Made by a program: the position numbers and the translations under genes. The notes below the pieces were generated by a model. The model saw only the letters and a list, made by a program, of their open reading frames with translations, was not told the DNA's origin and searched no databases. 44,402 nucleotides of DNA from Catajapyx aquilonaris (Eukaryota). Below are positions 13,001 to 24,800 of the stretch, piece after piece. The stretch covers positions 62,001 through 106,402 of the forward strand of contig JYFJ02002523.1 in the NCBI GenBank assembly GCA_000934665.2, written 5' to 3'. Numbering within the stretch: position 1 is the first letter of the stretch; each line of letters starts with the position of its first letter.

Positions 13001-14940
13001 TCGCTTGATTTCTCTCGAAGTCCTGAAGAAATGGCGATCGTTTCACTTGGAGCATTATACGGCTTCTACTGTACTCATGCAGAATATCAAAACAGGTATT
13101 ATCTATTATGCACCAGCAACGATCTCTCGGAGGGCTAGTAAATTATTAATATCGTTACATGTAAACTTGCTGGTCTTGCATAAATTCTGATACGTACAGT
13201 GTTTTGTGGAGTTTGTTTGTTGTTTACCTGAGCGTCTTCCTGGCTGAAAGTTACTGCATGCAATTAGTAAGCGTTATTTGCATTTTCCGGTACCTATGTG
13301 TTTAGGGTGCAGTGGGCCAATAGTGAATATCTGTTTAAAATATTCCCCCTATAATAATAGCCTTATTTTTTTCGCCTCTGGAACGCTCCGGAAGGAGAAG
13401 GGTCCATTGTGCTAGTGCTCCCACCTTCTGATCGCGGCGGAAAGATGGAAGGGCTCCTGGTGAGTGCTGCCACCTTGCCAAACTTTGGTTTTGGCTACGG
13501 GTGCGGTAGTTACTAATATTTATGTTCTAAGTCGGATGACACGCAAGGGACAATAGGAGTAAAAACATCATAGAAATTAAATTAATAACGTCATTAATTT
13601 TATTGAGTATGTACATTTTCAATAAATTATTATTTACACTAATTATTTCTCTTTTCTAATTCATATTTATGGGTAGTTCCACAATCATTGTAATGGCTGA
13701 TATGTTTGTTATACCATATGTGGCCTATACATGCTGTCGAGCTTTATAGCCGATTGTACTAAAAGAAACGCTATAAAGCCACCTACTCTATAGCACCCTG
13801 ATAGAAAACTCGATTAATTAATATCCTGTTCGTCGCTCTCAAACGAACTTTTCAGATGAAATCAGATAAGGTCCATCAAAAAGTAGGAGGGACCTGGGGG
13901 TTGGGATGTATGCTGGCGAGGCGTGGAAACAAACGAGATTTGTTCACCGAAATGGTATCTGGAGCACACTTCCGAGGTCGTTTGAATTACCGGCACTTTG
14001 GAGGTTTGAACGACCGGATAATTAGTGGCAGTCGCCGGGCTCCCCTAACCGCCAATTACACAAACTTTGACCTCGCACGGAAAAAAACACGGACGCAAAA
14101 AAACGCGGGGGGGCTCCATAAAGACGCGCGCGCCAGAAAAGTGGACGTGACCAATGACGTTTATGATAATCGCATTTTCCAATTTTGGTTCAGGTAAAAC
14201 CTTGTAACTAATCGCAACCTGGTTAGGTTCGCCTTCATTATTGCTATTAGGGCCACCCAAAATTGAAGAGACGGCCGGAAAATTAGGTTCATCGGCATTT
14301 TTTTTCTTACCCTAGCCAACTCTCTCATTTATTTATCACTCACGTGGCACAAATCGGACCACCTCATAAATCAGATCTAAATGCTTTTTTTTTTTTCAAA
14401 AGATTTTTTTTTCTCTCTTCCAAACTCTTCCTTTCCTAGTGATCGAATGGACGTGAAAGGAGAAAAGAGCTTTCGCTCAGATCGTAAGCTGTGAATAATG
14501 GCAAAGACTGCTCTGGGAAATCTTTCCAGTGAAAGAGGAGCAAATGGGAAAGAGGAAAACGGGTTTCAATTTCAAACAACGTCCTACGACCGCTTGTGAC
14601 ATTTTTCGTTTGAGGTGAACTTAGGCCTATGTACGATTTTGTATAGTGTAATCGTGATCTAAAGCCTCCGTTTCGCATGGACTTAGTCGCTCAGACAGGG
14701 ATGGATGCTTCCTATTGGTCAAGACAGTAGATAACATCAAGACGACGATTGGGCTACAGTGTCACGGCGCATTCACACGGCGGCTTATTGTGCACGCGAT
14801 CGCTGACATTTTTCGTCCGTTTTTTGTGCCATTTGCAAGACGTTTTTTCCCCCTACCTGCTGGAGTCGATCGAAACGCACACAATTTTTCATGACCAATC
14901 ATGGCCATAATCTGACGGCCAGTTTCTACTCTCGCTTAAT

Positions 14941-14962
14941 AATAAATAAATAAATAAATAAA
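14941..14962. repeat. Short (AAAT)n microsatellite
   Basis: aataaataaataaataaataaa seen directly. Confidence 0.85.
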
Positions 14963-17900
14963 CAAGCTGAATTGAAGCCTATCCGTGCAAAATACATATC
15001 AGTTATGTATGAGCCAACCCTTTTATAAGGGCAGGTCGTTGTTACAGTTATGCAAAACTGAAGTGCCTAGCAGTAGCTAGTTCAACAAAATGCCACCATG
15101 AATCTGATAAAAATAACATACTTCCTAAATAGCGTTGCATAATTTGTAAACAGATGCACCATGCCGTTAGCCCTCATTATCAAGTTGATGCTAAAATGAT
15201 AGCCAAGAGCAAGAACGTGTTTGGGAGGCCAAGGTTATGTGTGGCATGATAAATGTTGTTTCCAGGCGGCGTCAAATGCAACACTTACGTGCCTACCACG
15301 TCCAAGACGTGATGACAATACCTGTCAGCTACGAGTGTGAAGAGCTGTACAGTCAGTCTATGGAACGTGCAGAGTTTTCTTCAAAACATTGTTTGCTGAC
15401 TCACGGTACAGTTATGTAAGTCCTTTTTTTCGTATTATTAGCTGGCATTGACAAGGTGTCGATTTTCTTGCCTCAACTTTTTTTTTGGTCCACAATATAC
15501 GGAAATGAGGTTTTCTCATTCATGTAGAAAGCAGGTCGATATTCCACTCCCCTTTTCATATATTTCCAGACCAGTCTCAATCAAGTCCCCCGCCATTGTC
15601 TATTGATATGTAGCGACATTGGAATTTCAAATGTCTCGAAAAACTGAGCTTGAAATCGACAAGCCATGAATCAGTCCCTATAGTAATTACTCCAGTACAT
15701 TAGTAACCCAGATCTTGACAGATACAAATGGAGCATCAAAAAGTACAAAGACACCCAATTCCCATCCAGTCCTCATTAGCATAGACAACAGGTGTGAAAA
15801 AAGAAGATACGTCACACACACACATCTAGATAGCAAACTTCTTATCATATTCATCGGTGATGGGGCCCCTTACACCTGACATTTAATTTTTCTCTTTCCG
15901 CTTCCCCTTTTGAGTTTTTCCACCTTGAAGACAACCCGTCGAGAAGCAACGTTTGACCCCTTCCAGGATTTATAAGCGCACACCCCCGTAGAGCCGCTGG
16001 AAAGAGCTGAAAATAGGCGCACCCCATCCTAATAGTGTATATATCATGGTGCGTTTGTTAGCTCTGGTCATCAATCAATCGGGCGCTACTTTTGTAAAGG
16101 CTCAATTACAACCGGTCCTTGTTCTGGAAGCTGTGAGGGGTACCTGCATGGGGGACGTCTCCACGTTTCGGGTGAATTGTGGGTTCGTGTCTTTTTGGTT
16201 AGCATGTACCGGCATTGCGTAGTCGTGAGTGTACCTACCAAGAAGATGCAAATTCCTCGCATATATATGGGATTTTCGTGCAGGTGTGTACGATTAATAC
16301 TGGTTGACATTAATCAATATTAATCTTTTGGATTGTATGTATTTGCTCATTGTCCAGTGTCAAAGATGTTGGCTCACACTGCGCAGTGGGCGGTATTTCC
16401 TGGAAAAATTCTTCACAATGAAATGAAATTTGCCTGAAGCTTTTTTTTATTGCTAGTACCCTATCAAATGACCATCCATATTTTATGTCCTTTATAACAA
16501 CACTTTAGTTTCAGACCCGGTCCGATTGATCCCCGCCACGAAATAATCCCCCTGAATATGCATAAGGCAACGAAAGGCATCGCATTTCGTAGCGTCCGGC
16601 GTGCCTGCTGCCCCTATGTAAACCCTGTGAGGTCACGAACCTCCCAGAAATTTCCATTGCACCAAACCCCTCACGAGTACTCTACTTCCCCCAAGCAATC
16701 GACATGTTGGAGTACCCTCAATAGAATCCCCCATAGTGAGATGTTATTAATCCGCTAACCGGGACTCCACTGAGGGAATCAGCGCAATCGTGCGATGCTA
16801 GGACCACAAAACAACGTTACTCCTTATATACCATCCCATTCAAGCCCGGGTTCATACGGAATGCAAATTAGTCTTATTCTCCCCTGATGATAAGCTATAA
16901 AAGCGAGTGGGTATAACGAGCTGATAAGGAAAGGAGGGGTTCTCTCGGCTGCTGTTGTCTTTTCCAGGAGTTTGGAGGGCCCCTCGTGGAAATCATCCTC
17001 TTCTCTCACCATAGGACCACTTTTTACCCATGCAGTGGATTACCAAAGTGTGAGGACTCTCGATTGGGTGGGCTGTGTTGAATGCACTGCTTCCTAAAGA
17101 GGGATGTTCATTACGGTGTTGGGGGATAAACACGGTGGAGAACAGGCACGTGTCGCGGCTATATGGAAATGACGTCACGTGGAGTCTGAATATGATGAAT
17201 ATGATGAATAGATTTAATGGGAGACGGTGGGTTTAAAACAGAGGATGTGAAATTGGGGCTTTTTAAATGTCAGGGACGAAAGTTGTGGGACGGATATAAC
17301 AAGGTTCCATTCCCGTGATTGAATCGACGTGCTGTGCTGAGCTTGTTTGTGCAGCGGCATTGAGGCAGTTTCGCACCATTATGTTTAATACACTGTACAG
17401 TACATCAAATGACAACAACAACGACGTCAACATTTGTTATGCGCAATAGTATTACAGTTCTGTATCAATATATATATATAATACTGTCTGTCTATATAAT
17501 TATACCTCGCATGACTTTTTACAGTTCTAGTTCAATAAAGAGCCAATTCACTTACTAGGCGACATTTAAACTCCTTCAACTGCATTGCGTATTTTAAATT
17601 CAATTATCTTGGGTTAAGAATTCGAGGTGATTTATTTCTTACGTAACTAATATTTATTATTAACCAAACTGTTCTATTATTGGGGAGTGGACCATAACAT
17701 ATACACTCTAAAATGGTGCGAAACATTATGTACTTACTAATAGTAACAAGATTTTTTTAGATGTTTCGATGATATTCATTAGGCCTACTAATCTGGTGAA
17801 TACGTATATCGAACACTAGTATGATATCCTGAGCAGTTGGCAACCCGACACGTAGAACAATAGGATTACTGGCGACACGCCAATAACAAACCAATTCGTC

Positions 17901-18499
17901 ATAATTACACTGCATTCGAACTTCTTTTTTAGTTTCTTCAATAGGCTACATGATATAATGATCCTTAAATGGGGCACATGTTGCGGGTAAATTATGTCAC
18001 CAATGGCAGAGTACACTATCATTATGGAATCAATATGTTCTCTACTGATTGGATCGTGTATTGTAACATCTTCATAGATGCAGGCATGGGTTATCGATAC
18101 TACCCTTTCGAAATGATACGCTACACCGAGTTCAGGGTAATCTTGTTGCATCCAACCCCGTTCATGGCTCATTAAATATTAAATGGTTATCAACTCTGCA
18201 TCAAAAATGGACGTCCTAAAAGCACATCTAACCGGTGAATGAACAGACCCATTCCATTCAAGGGCGTCCCCAAACTTTTATCGATTCCGTTGGACGTTGA
18301 ACCTAGGCAACTTCAAAAGAGCGACCCAGACACTTCTGCTTTCCTCCAACATATCTCCATCAGCACTGACCATTACGCATTTATACCTCTTCATTGCTAC
18401 TTATGTAAATCTCCTCTACGGTACAATCGCGACAGAAATTTTGGGCGCTAAGTGAGTGACGACGTCCCAAGGGAGGGGGTGACGACGATGGGACTGTAA

Positions 18500-18875
18500 A
18501 GAGACAAGATCAACTCCTGACACGTTCCAAGATGGCGAGAAAGAGCCTCTTCTTTTTCTTATATATCTTTCAGACTCCTTCCCTGAGAGGAGCCCCAATC
18601 TCCCGAAATTAGATTCCCAAATGGCGGGAAAAGGCCCCCCTTGTTTGCTCTGGAGCACTGGCTTCCGATAGACGTCTCCTGCGCCGAAACGGAAGTCATA
18701 GGACCACTTCTACCAGAAACTGGAGCCCTTTCTTTGGGTCAACAAACGGCTACCTTTCCATTATTGCAGACTCCCACTTTTTTGTGACGAAAGATCACCC
18801 TTTCGAGTGTTGACTTTTCCGGAAGGGACAGCGACCCTTTTTGTCAACTGCTGCGAAAACTATTTTTTGGCGAGC
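18500..18875. promoter_or_regulatory. Promoter/enhancer-like CpG-rich motif cluster
   Basis: YY1-like CAAGATGGCG (18528), overlapping YY1/E2F-like AAATGGCGGGAAAA (18619), ETS-like CGGAAGT (18690) and TTCCGGAAG (~18817), and E2F-like TTTTGGCG (~18865). Confidence 0.3.
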
Positions 18876-21800
18876 TAGAGATATTGGCTATACGGACAGC
18901 TCGAAACACTTTTGGCTAATTATATAGGAATGTTGAACATGTCGAAAGAGAGATGGTTTGGGTCGAGTCTGAGCAGTTTCGGCATGTGAGAAAGCAAGGG
19001 TGCTATTTTTGGGGGTATCCAGACAGCTTCTTAGTGGAATATGATTGATTTTTGGAATATTAGCTGTAGTGCGAGACACAAGATGGACAAGAGAAACAGT
19101 CATGTACCTGCTTACATATAATGTCATTCACACTCGTCACTTTAAAAATAGTGAATAGAGCAAATATTATACTACAAAAATTCAGTCTTCTGTCATTGGT
19201 CCCATTCATAATACCGGTACGTATAAATAAAAGTGTAAAATTTTTGAACAATTTTAAGAATATTAATGTGACTTTCCTAAATGGAAGAGCGTGCATGCCA
19301 TCCACGTGGTCCGTTTCACACTCGTAAACATGAGGAGTGTTTAAAATACGACTTTTACGATGGCCAAGGGGTCAATTTTAGTTTCAACAGTTTACAAAAT
19401 TATGCAACTCCTTAAGTATCTCACTAACGTAAGACAGCACTAAAATTAGAATTTCTTCGAGTGCGTAAATAATTCATGAGATTTGGTAAAAAAAAGCATC
19501 AAGAATGGAAAGGATCCGATATGATAAAAAGGGGTTCCGCATAAATAGTGATGTGTGGGCTCAAAGCCAAAGCCATTCCATTTTGCTCTGTGGTAACGTC
19601 ACTTTCAATTGAGCCCATGAATTATTTCCTGCATGAATTTTCAAGCCTTTCCGTGTTAGTCAGATGCCAAATCTAGCGTTTGACAGAACCATGGTGAAAA
19701 CTGGTTTGACTTGCTACATTATGTGATGCTTTATGCTGCAGGAATCGCATAAATTCCGGAAAACAAAAAAAAATAGTTGTGCGAGTTTTAGCTCCTTTTA
19801 GAATTTTTTTGGACTTCCAGACACAGGAACCGACGCTAATTTGGTCTTCTTCCTGACGGCACATAAGACAAGCGTGTCCCCTCTCCCTATACCCACACAC
19901 ACACTAGGGTCTGGAATGCTCTTTACAGCACTCTCCTGTCCAAAATGATAAATTGTCCAGTCCACCCTCACTTTTCAGCAGCCATTCAAAGCGATCCAAA
20001 CAGTAAAAAAAAATTCTTGTAAAAACACATTAGTGTATGTGTAGCATGTGACATGATGACTCAGTGTATTAATTCAACAATTCCTCGCATGGACACAACG
20101 GCACCTTGACAATTAACATGCTCCCGAGTTACACGAGGCTATCCATCAAAGTTTTACACTTCACTTCTAATAAACCGTGATAGGTTTATATCCCAGTCGT
20201 AGACATTCTCTAGACGAAGGTTCGTCAAAAAATCCTTTTGTCCTTTTCTTCTCCTCCTTTCATTTTGGGTGTCATAAACCCTCGAGTTCCTTTTTTTTGT
20301 GACTTTTATTGGTGGGTCGGATATGCCAGAAAACTTGGAAGGCATTTAACGAGGGTGTTGTACTCCAATTCCAAAGAAGCCAACTCATTATTTTTATTTT
20401 ACTCTTTTGGGAAGGTTCCAAATCCATTCGTATAACCTTTGTTTTGAGCTCACTAATAAACGCGAATATTGGTCGTATGTTACTGGATGTTATTATAAAC
20501 ATGACATGCACTAAACTAAGCTTATACAAAGGGCAGTGCACAAAATGTCGGTTATATATAATAGCCAAAATGCATAGTTAATTTGGGTTCATACACCTCC
20601 TGAACTTCTGAAGTGCATTGTACAGTACGTGTACCTCCAAAGCGTTGAACCAACTAGTTATTTTTAATATTTTCAAAAAGTCCAAGACCCCACACTATTT
20701 TTGTTAGACGTACTAATATACTGTATACTTGTAGCACTGCAATATACTGCGTGTCACAACTTGTGTTCTTTGGCAACCAAGCGTCATCGAGGATCACGTC
20801 ACATATGGAACCTTTCATCCCCGAATGTTATGATAGGAAGTTATCCCTTTGACTTTTATTTCTCCTTCTGGATGTAAGTGTGGGGGTCGTTTAGAAAGAT
20901 TTGTCCCGAGACGCAAATCCTTGGCAGCGAACTTTTTCGGAGGTCTCTTTCGCGACGACAGCTAAGTGACAGTCTGTCTTACAAATTGCGCCACCAAAAC
21001 GCCGCAAAGCCTCTCTGGAGGGTATACAAAAATCACTTTCAGATATTGCGTGCTACACTACACTGTACTGTAAAAAACTAGTTTTTTGCTCAGGGTCTAT
21101 TCCAACCAGCATAATTTTAGTCCTCTAGAGAATTCGCCTTATTTAGTGCACTCAAGTGCTTGAGAAGCACCCAGATTACAGTCATTATCACAGCTGCCTG
21201 CTTTCATTAGGTTGGAACAATTTGTTGCTTGGTCACCTCACAAAATCGAGAATGGCAAAGGGAGGCAAAAAGTATAATGTAAGCGTGTAATTACAAGACC
21301 CCCCCCCTTTAAAATGATTTTCCGGCTTTAGCTACGCTGTAAACATTAAATAGTGTTCAAGGGGTGCGGTCAGGTGCTCCAAAAGTTCCGTGCAAATTAG
21401 TCTGCATTCAGGTTGTAGATGGGGCTATTAATGTTCTTGAGGCAGAAGGAACAACCTTGATGATTGTAAGGAGTCGTCTGGAAAGTATGTCACGCACAGT
21501 CACACTGTCCCCATCCTTTTAATATTAAACTAACATTCCCCCCTCCTCCAGCAATTTTTTTCTCAGATTGTCCCTAAGCTCCAATAACGCAACAATGGGT
21601 CCCAAGCACAATCTCAGTCTATAACTGCAAAGGAAAAACCGGAGCCATAAAAGTGGTAGCAAGTGAGCCGATTTCCACCACGAACGAAGATGTCATCCGG
21701 TTGGACGCTGAGGTCTCGTTGGACTGGGGACACTTGACGTCCCCAAGTGGGAAAGACGTCATTAGTGTCCGGACCCCACCGAATTTGTGGCCTGAACTAG

Positions 21801-24800
21801 GATGGACGACCCACTGGTATATATGTTAGACCCTGAGAAAATGCCCAAACCCCTAGCTCAGGGCTGGGGAAACAAAATCTAGCGCGCTCAACGAGAGCTG
21901 GGGTATGTTTAATTCATTAAGTGAACAACGTTAGGGGAAAGTGCGGGGGCAGTTGAACAAACTTTGGAGTGAAACAACAAGTAGGCTATCAATACCTGAG
22001 GCTGTTGAGGATGATAAAAAATTGTGGCTCAGTATTCATTTTCATATCCAGCATTTTTGTGGTAAAATTTCGGTAAACTCTAGGGGGAAGTTTGACTTCA
22101 GGCCAAATGTCAAGAACACTAGAAAAATATTTGCTGAAGTACCTTTTACGCATATTAAACTAGCTTGTGGTTGTAGGAATTGAAGGCAATGCACGACTCT
22201 AATCTGGAACGCTTCTTACGTGACATCGGCTTTACAAAACTAATAACATGCCTTCTACGGGACAATATTTTACACTTTATGCGATGCCGCGAGAACATTT
22301 TAACCCTCCTCAAGAAAGAGGGCCATGCTCTTCGGCCTGTGAATTTATCCGGGCCATTTTCTAGGTATAATAAAAGGAGCTTCTCTCACACACTTTGACT
22401 GAATTATGCACAAATTTTTTTATGACTCACTCGGTGCATTTTGTAACCTTACAGTCGGCGTTTATTAGCGCGGAACGTATCGAGCGTAAATCATTTTGGC
22501 AGCAAATCCGACCCCACACAAAGCTATAAATTGAAACTTAGTGCCATAGTGCGACGCTAATCCCAATAGTAATGGTGCTGTTCCAAAACACGGCAGGGCC
22601 ACAAGAATTTTGGGGAGGACCGGAGGAGGCTCGATTGTTATGAAAATAGGCAAAATTCCATATAGGTACTGTGGGGTTGAAAATAAATATGGAGTGTGCA
22701 CTTACCGCTTTGAAGAGTTGATGGGAAGAGGTTGGCGCCAAAGGGCAGTTGATGTCCTTTCGCCCACGTCCAGTCGACCTTTACGAGTAGGAGCACCAGA
22801 GCTGCACAGGACAATCCGCACCTGGGTGGATATTGATTTTTTAAATAAATTATGCTCGTTACTGCATGAAGTATTTTGTTCTGGTTAAGAACTGGCGTTT
22901 GTAACAGCCACCAAATTAGGAAAATGTGTTCGAGGGAGCAAAACTGTGCATTATAATGGAGTCATCATTCTATGTGGTCCGCTTTGTAGTCTATGGTGTA
23001 TCGCACACTAGATGATTCTATTCAAATTGTAGTAGTTTATGCTAGCAAGTACTACGTCAAGTGTTGCTCGATGTCGTTATAACAATTAATTCATGGATAA
23101 TATTTCTACCGATATGTGGTCGCCATAACTTCCCATTATTAAGTTATAACTGCACAAAACGATATATTGATCTGTATTTTTAGTGTGCATAATTGGGTTA
23201 AATTACAGTAAAATTGTGCACTCCTAGTATCCATCAGTTGCTGCCTATTTCAAGGTGATATTACCGCTCCAAGCTCTCTACATTCAACTGCACAACACCA
23301 GCAATGAAATAAATGGAGCACATATAGTTTCAAGTAATCGCAATTATCTCTGGACTGACTATTAAAATATCGGTGCCTGAACGAGCTTTTCCGATATTGA
23401 ATTATCCACTGCACAGAGCCTATTTGCATATGAGACAGTTGAAGGCCATTATTGGCTAGTAAGTCATTGTTTGTTTTTTTAAAATTACACTACAGTGTAT
23501 GCAAAAATTTCTAACGAGTCCTGATATAATATGCTGGAAAGTAGGCCTACCTATACGCACATGCAAGGATGGTGTGTTGTGTGTAGGAGAGCAATTCTTC
23601 GGTTTTATATGAACGCTGCAGTACACTGCGCGGATACAATGCTATAGTTTATGCATTTTGCATTTTGGTTATTTATGAGAGGCTGATGCCAACGTGTAAA
23701 ATATTCATAACGTGCCTAACCACGTTTGCGGAAAAGAATTTCGCGTAAATTTCGCAGGAACCTTTACAGGCTTAGTTAGAATTCCTGTATAACACACATT
23801 TCGAAAGGTCATATCCCAGTAGAAATTTTTGGAACTTGCAACCTTGCAGAAAGAACTTACAATGCCAATTTTAACCACGTTGCATGTCATTCTCAAGGTT
23901 TGTTTAGAAGTAATTGGCAGGATAATGACAGAGAGGGTCAAGGAGACATATTTTCGCAGTTACTGTATTCCACCGGCAATACATACAATGTACATGCAAA
24001 TTCAGAGACTTACAAGCAACTAACTTTCTCCATTTTTTTGTCCGATCCTATTCTACCCCGCAAACCTGCCGGCAGTTTGAGCTCGGCAGTACAAACAGAA
24101 CCCACTTCAAGCCTTCGAAACTTGTCGAAGGCAAAAGCCTGACAATTTCCCCCGAGCAAAGAGAATAGCTCGGATCACAGCCCGGTACAAACCACCACTA
24201 AATCTGTGTCATTAAGATTGAAGTGTCCCCGTCTCTCGTATCCATCCAACTCAGACTACAAGCTCTTCTCTGTCCACTTACAGCAAACAAGCTGGGGGGT
24301 CATGACCCAGCAATAATTAAAACATATCAGGCTCGATACAAGTTGTATTAAATCAACCAGTAAATTATTTTCTACTCTAAATATTCACATTTTGGTATGC
24401 CATGTACACTGTACAGGGTGTGTCAGTGAAACCTTCACGAATTTTTCTGAATCATCCTGTATTGCTGAAGTCACCCTCAGGGGTGCTTCTGGTCCTTTGC
24501 ATTGGCAGCCCTGCGACCTGCTTTGTACCTTTCGAGCAAGAGTGTCAGGTAATTTATGGCTCTCTTCCAACAGCCGCAGAGGCACTTCGCATCGGAATAA
24601 CAGAAGGTATCCAGCCTTAGCCATAGGGTCGTGGTGCAAAGGAGCGCAGGATCGTGAAGGAACCGGAAGAGACGAATTCATTGCAGTCCCCACCCAGCAG
24701 GGATTCTTCCCCCACTGATGCCAAGCTTTGTTGAATTAGGCGACTTCTAATTTGCATTTGCCAGGTATAGAGGTTACAGTGACGGTGCTGGGAGGAGGGC

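Noticed and set aside
9000..15632. Exact 16-mer cattggaatttcaaat at 9000 and 15617
   Set aside because: One AT-rich 16-mer match is within chance expectation for 44 kb, and the similarity barely extends.
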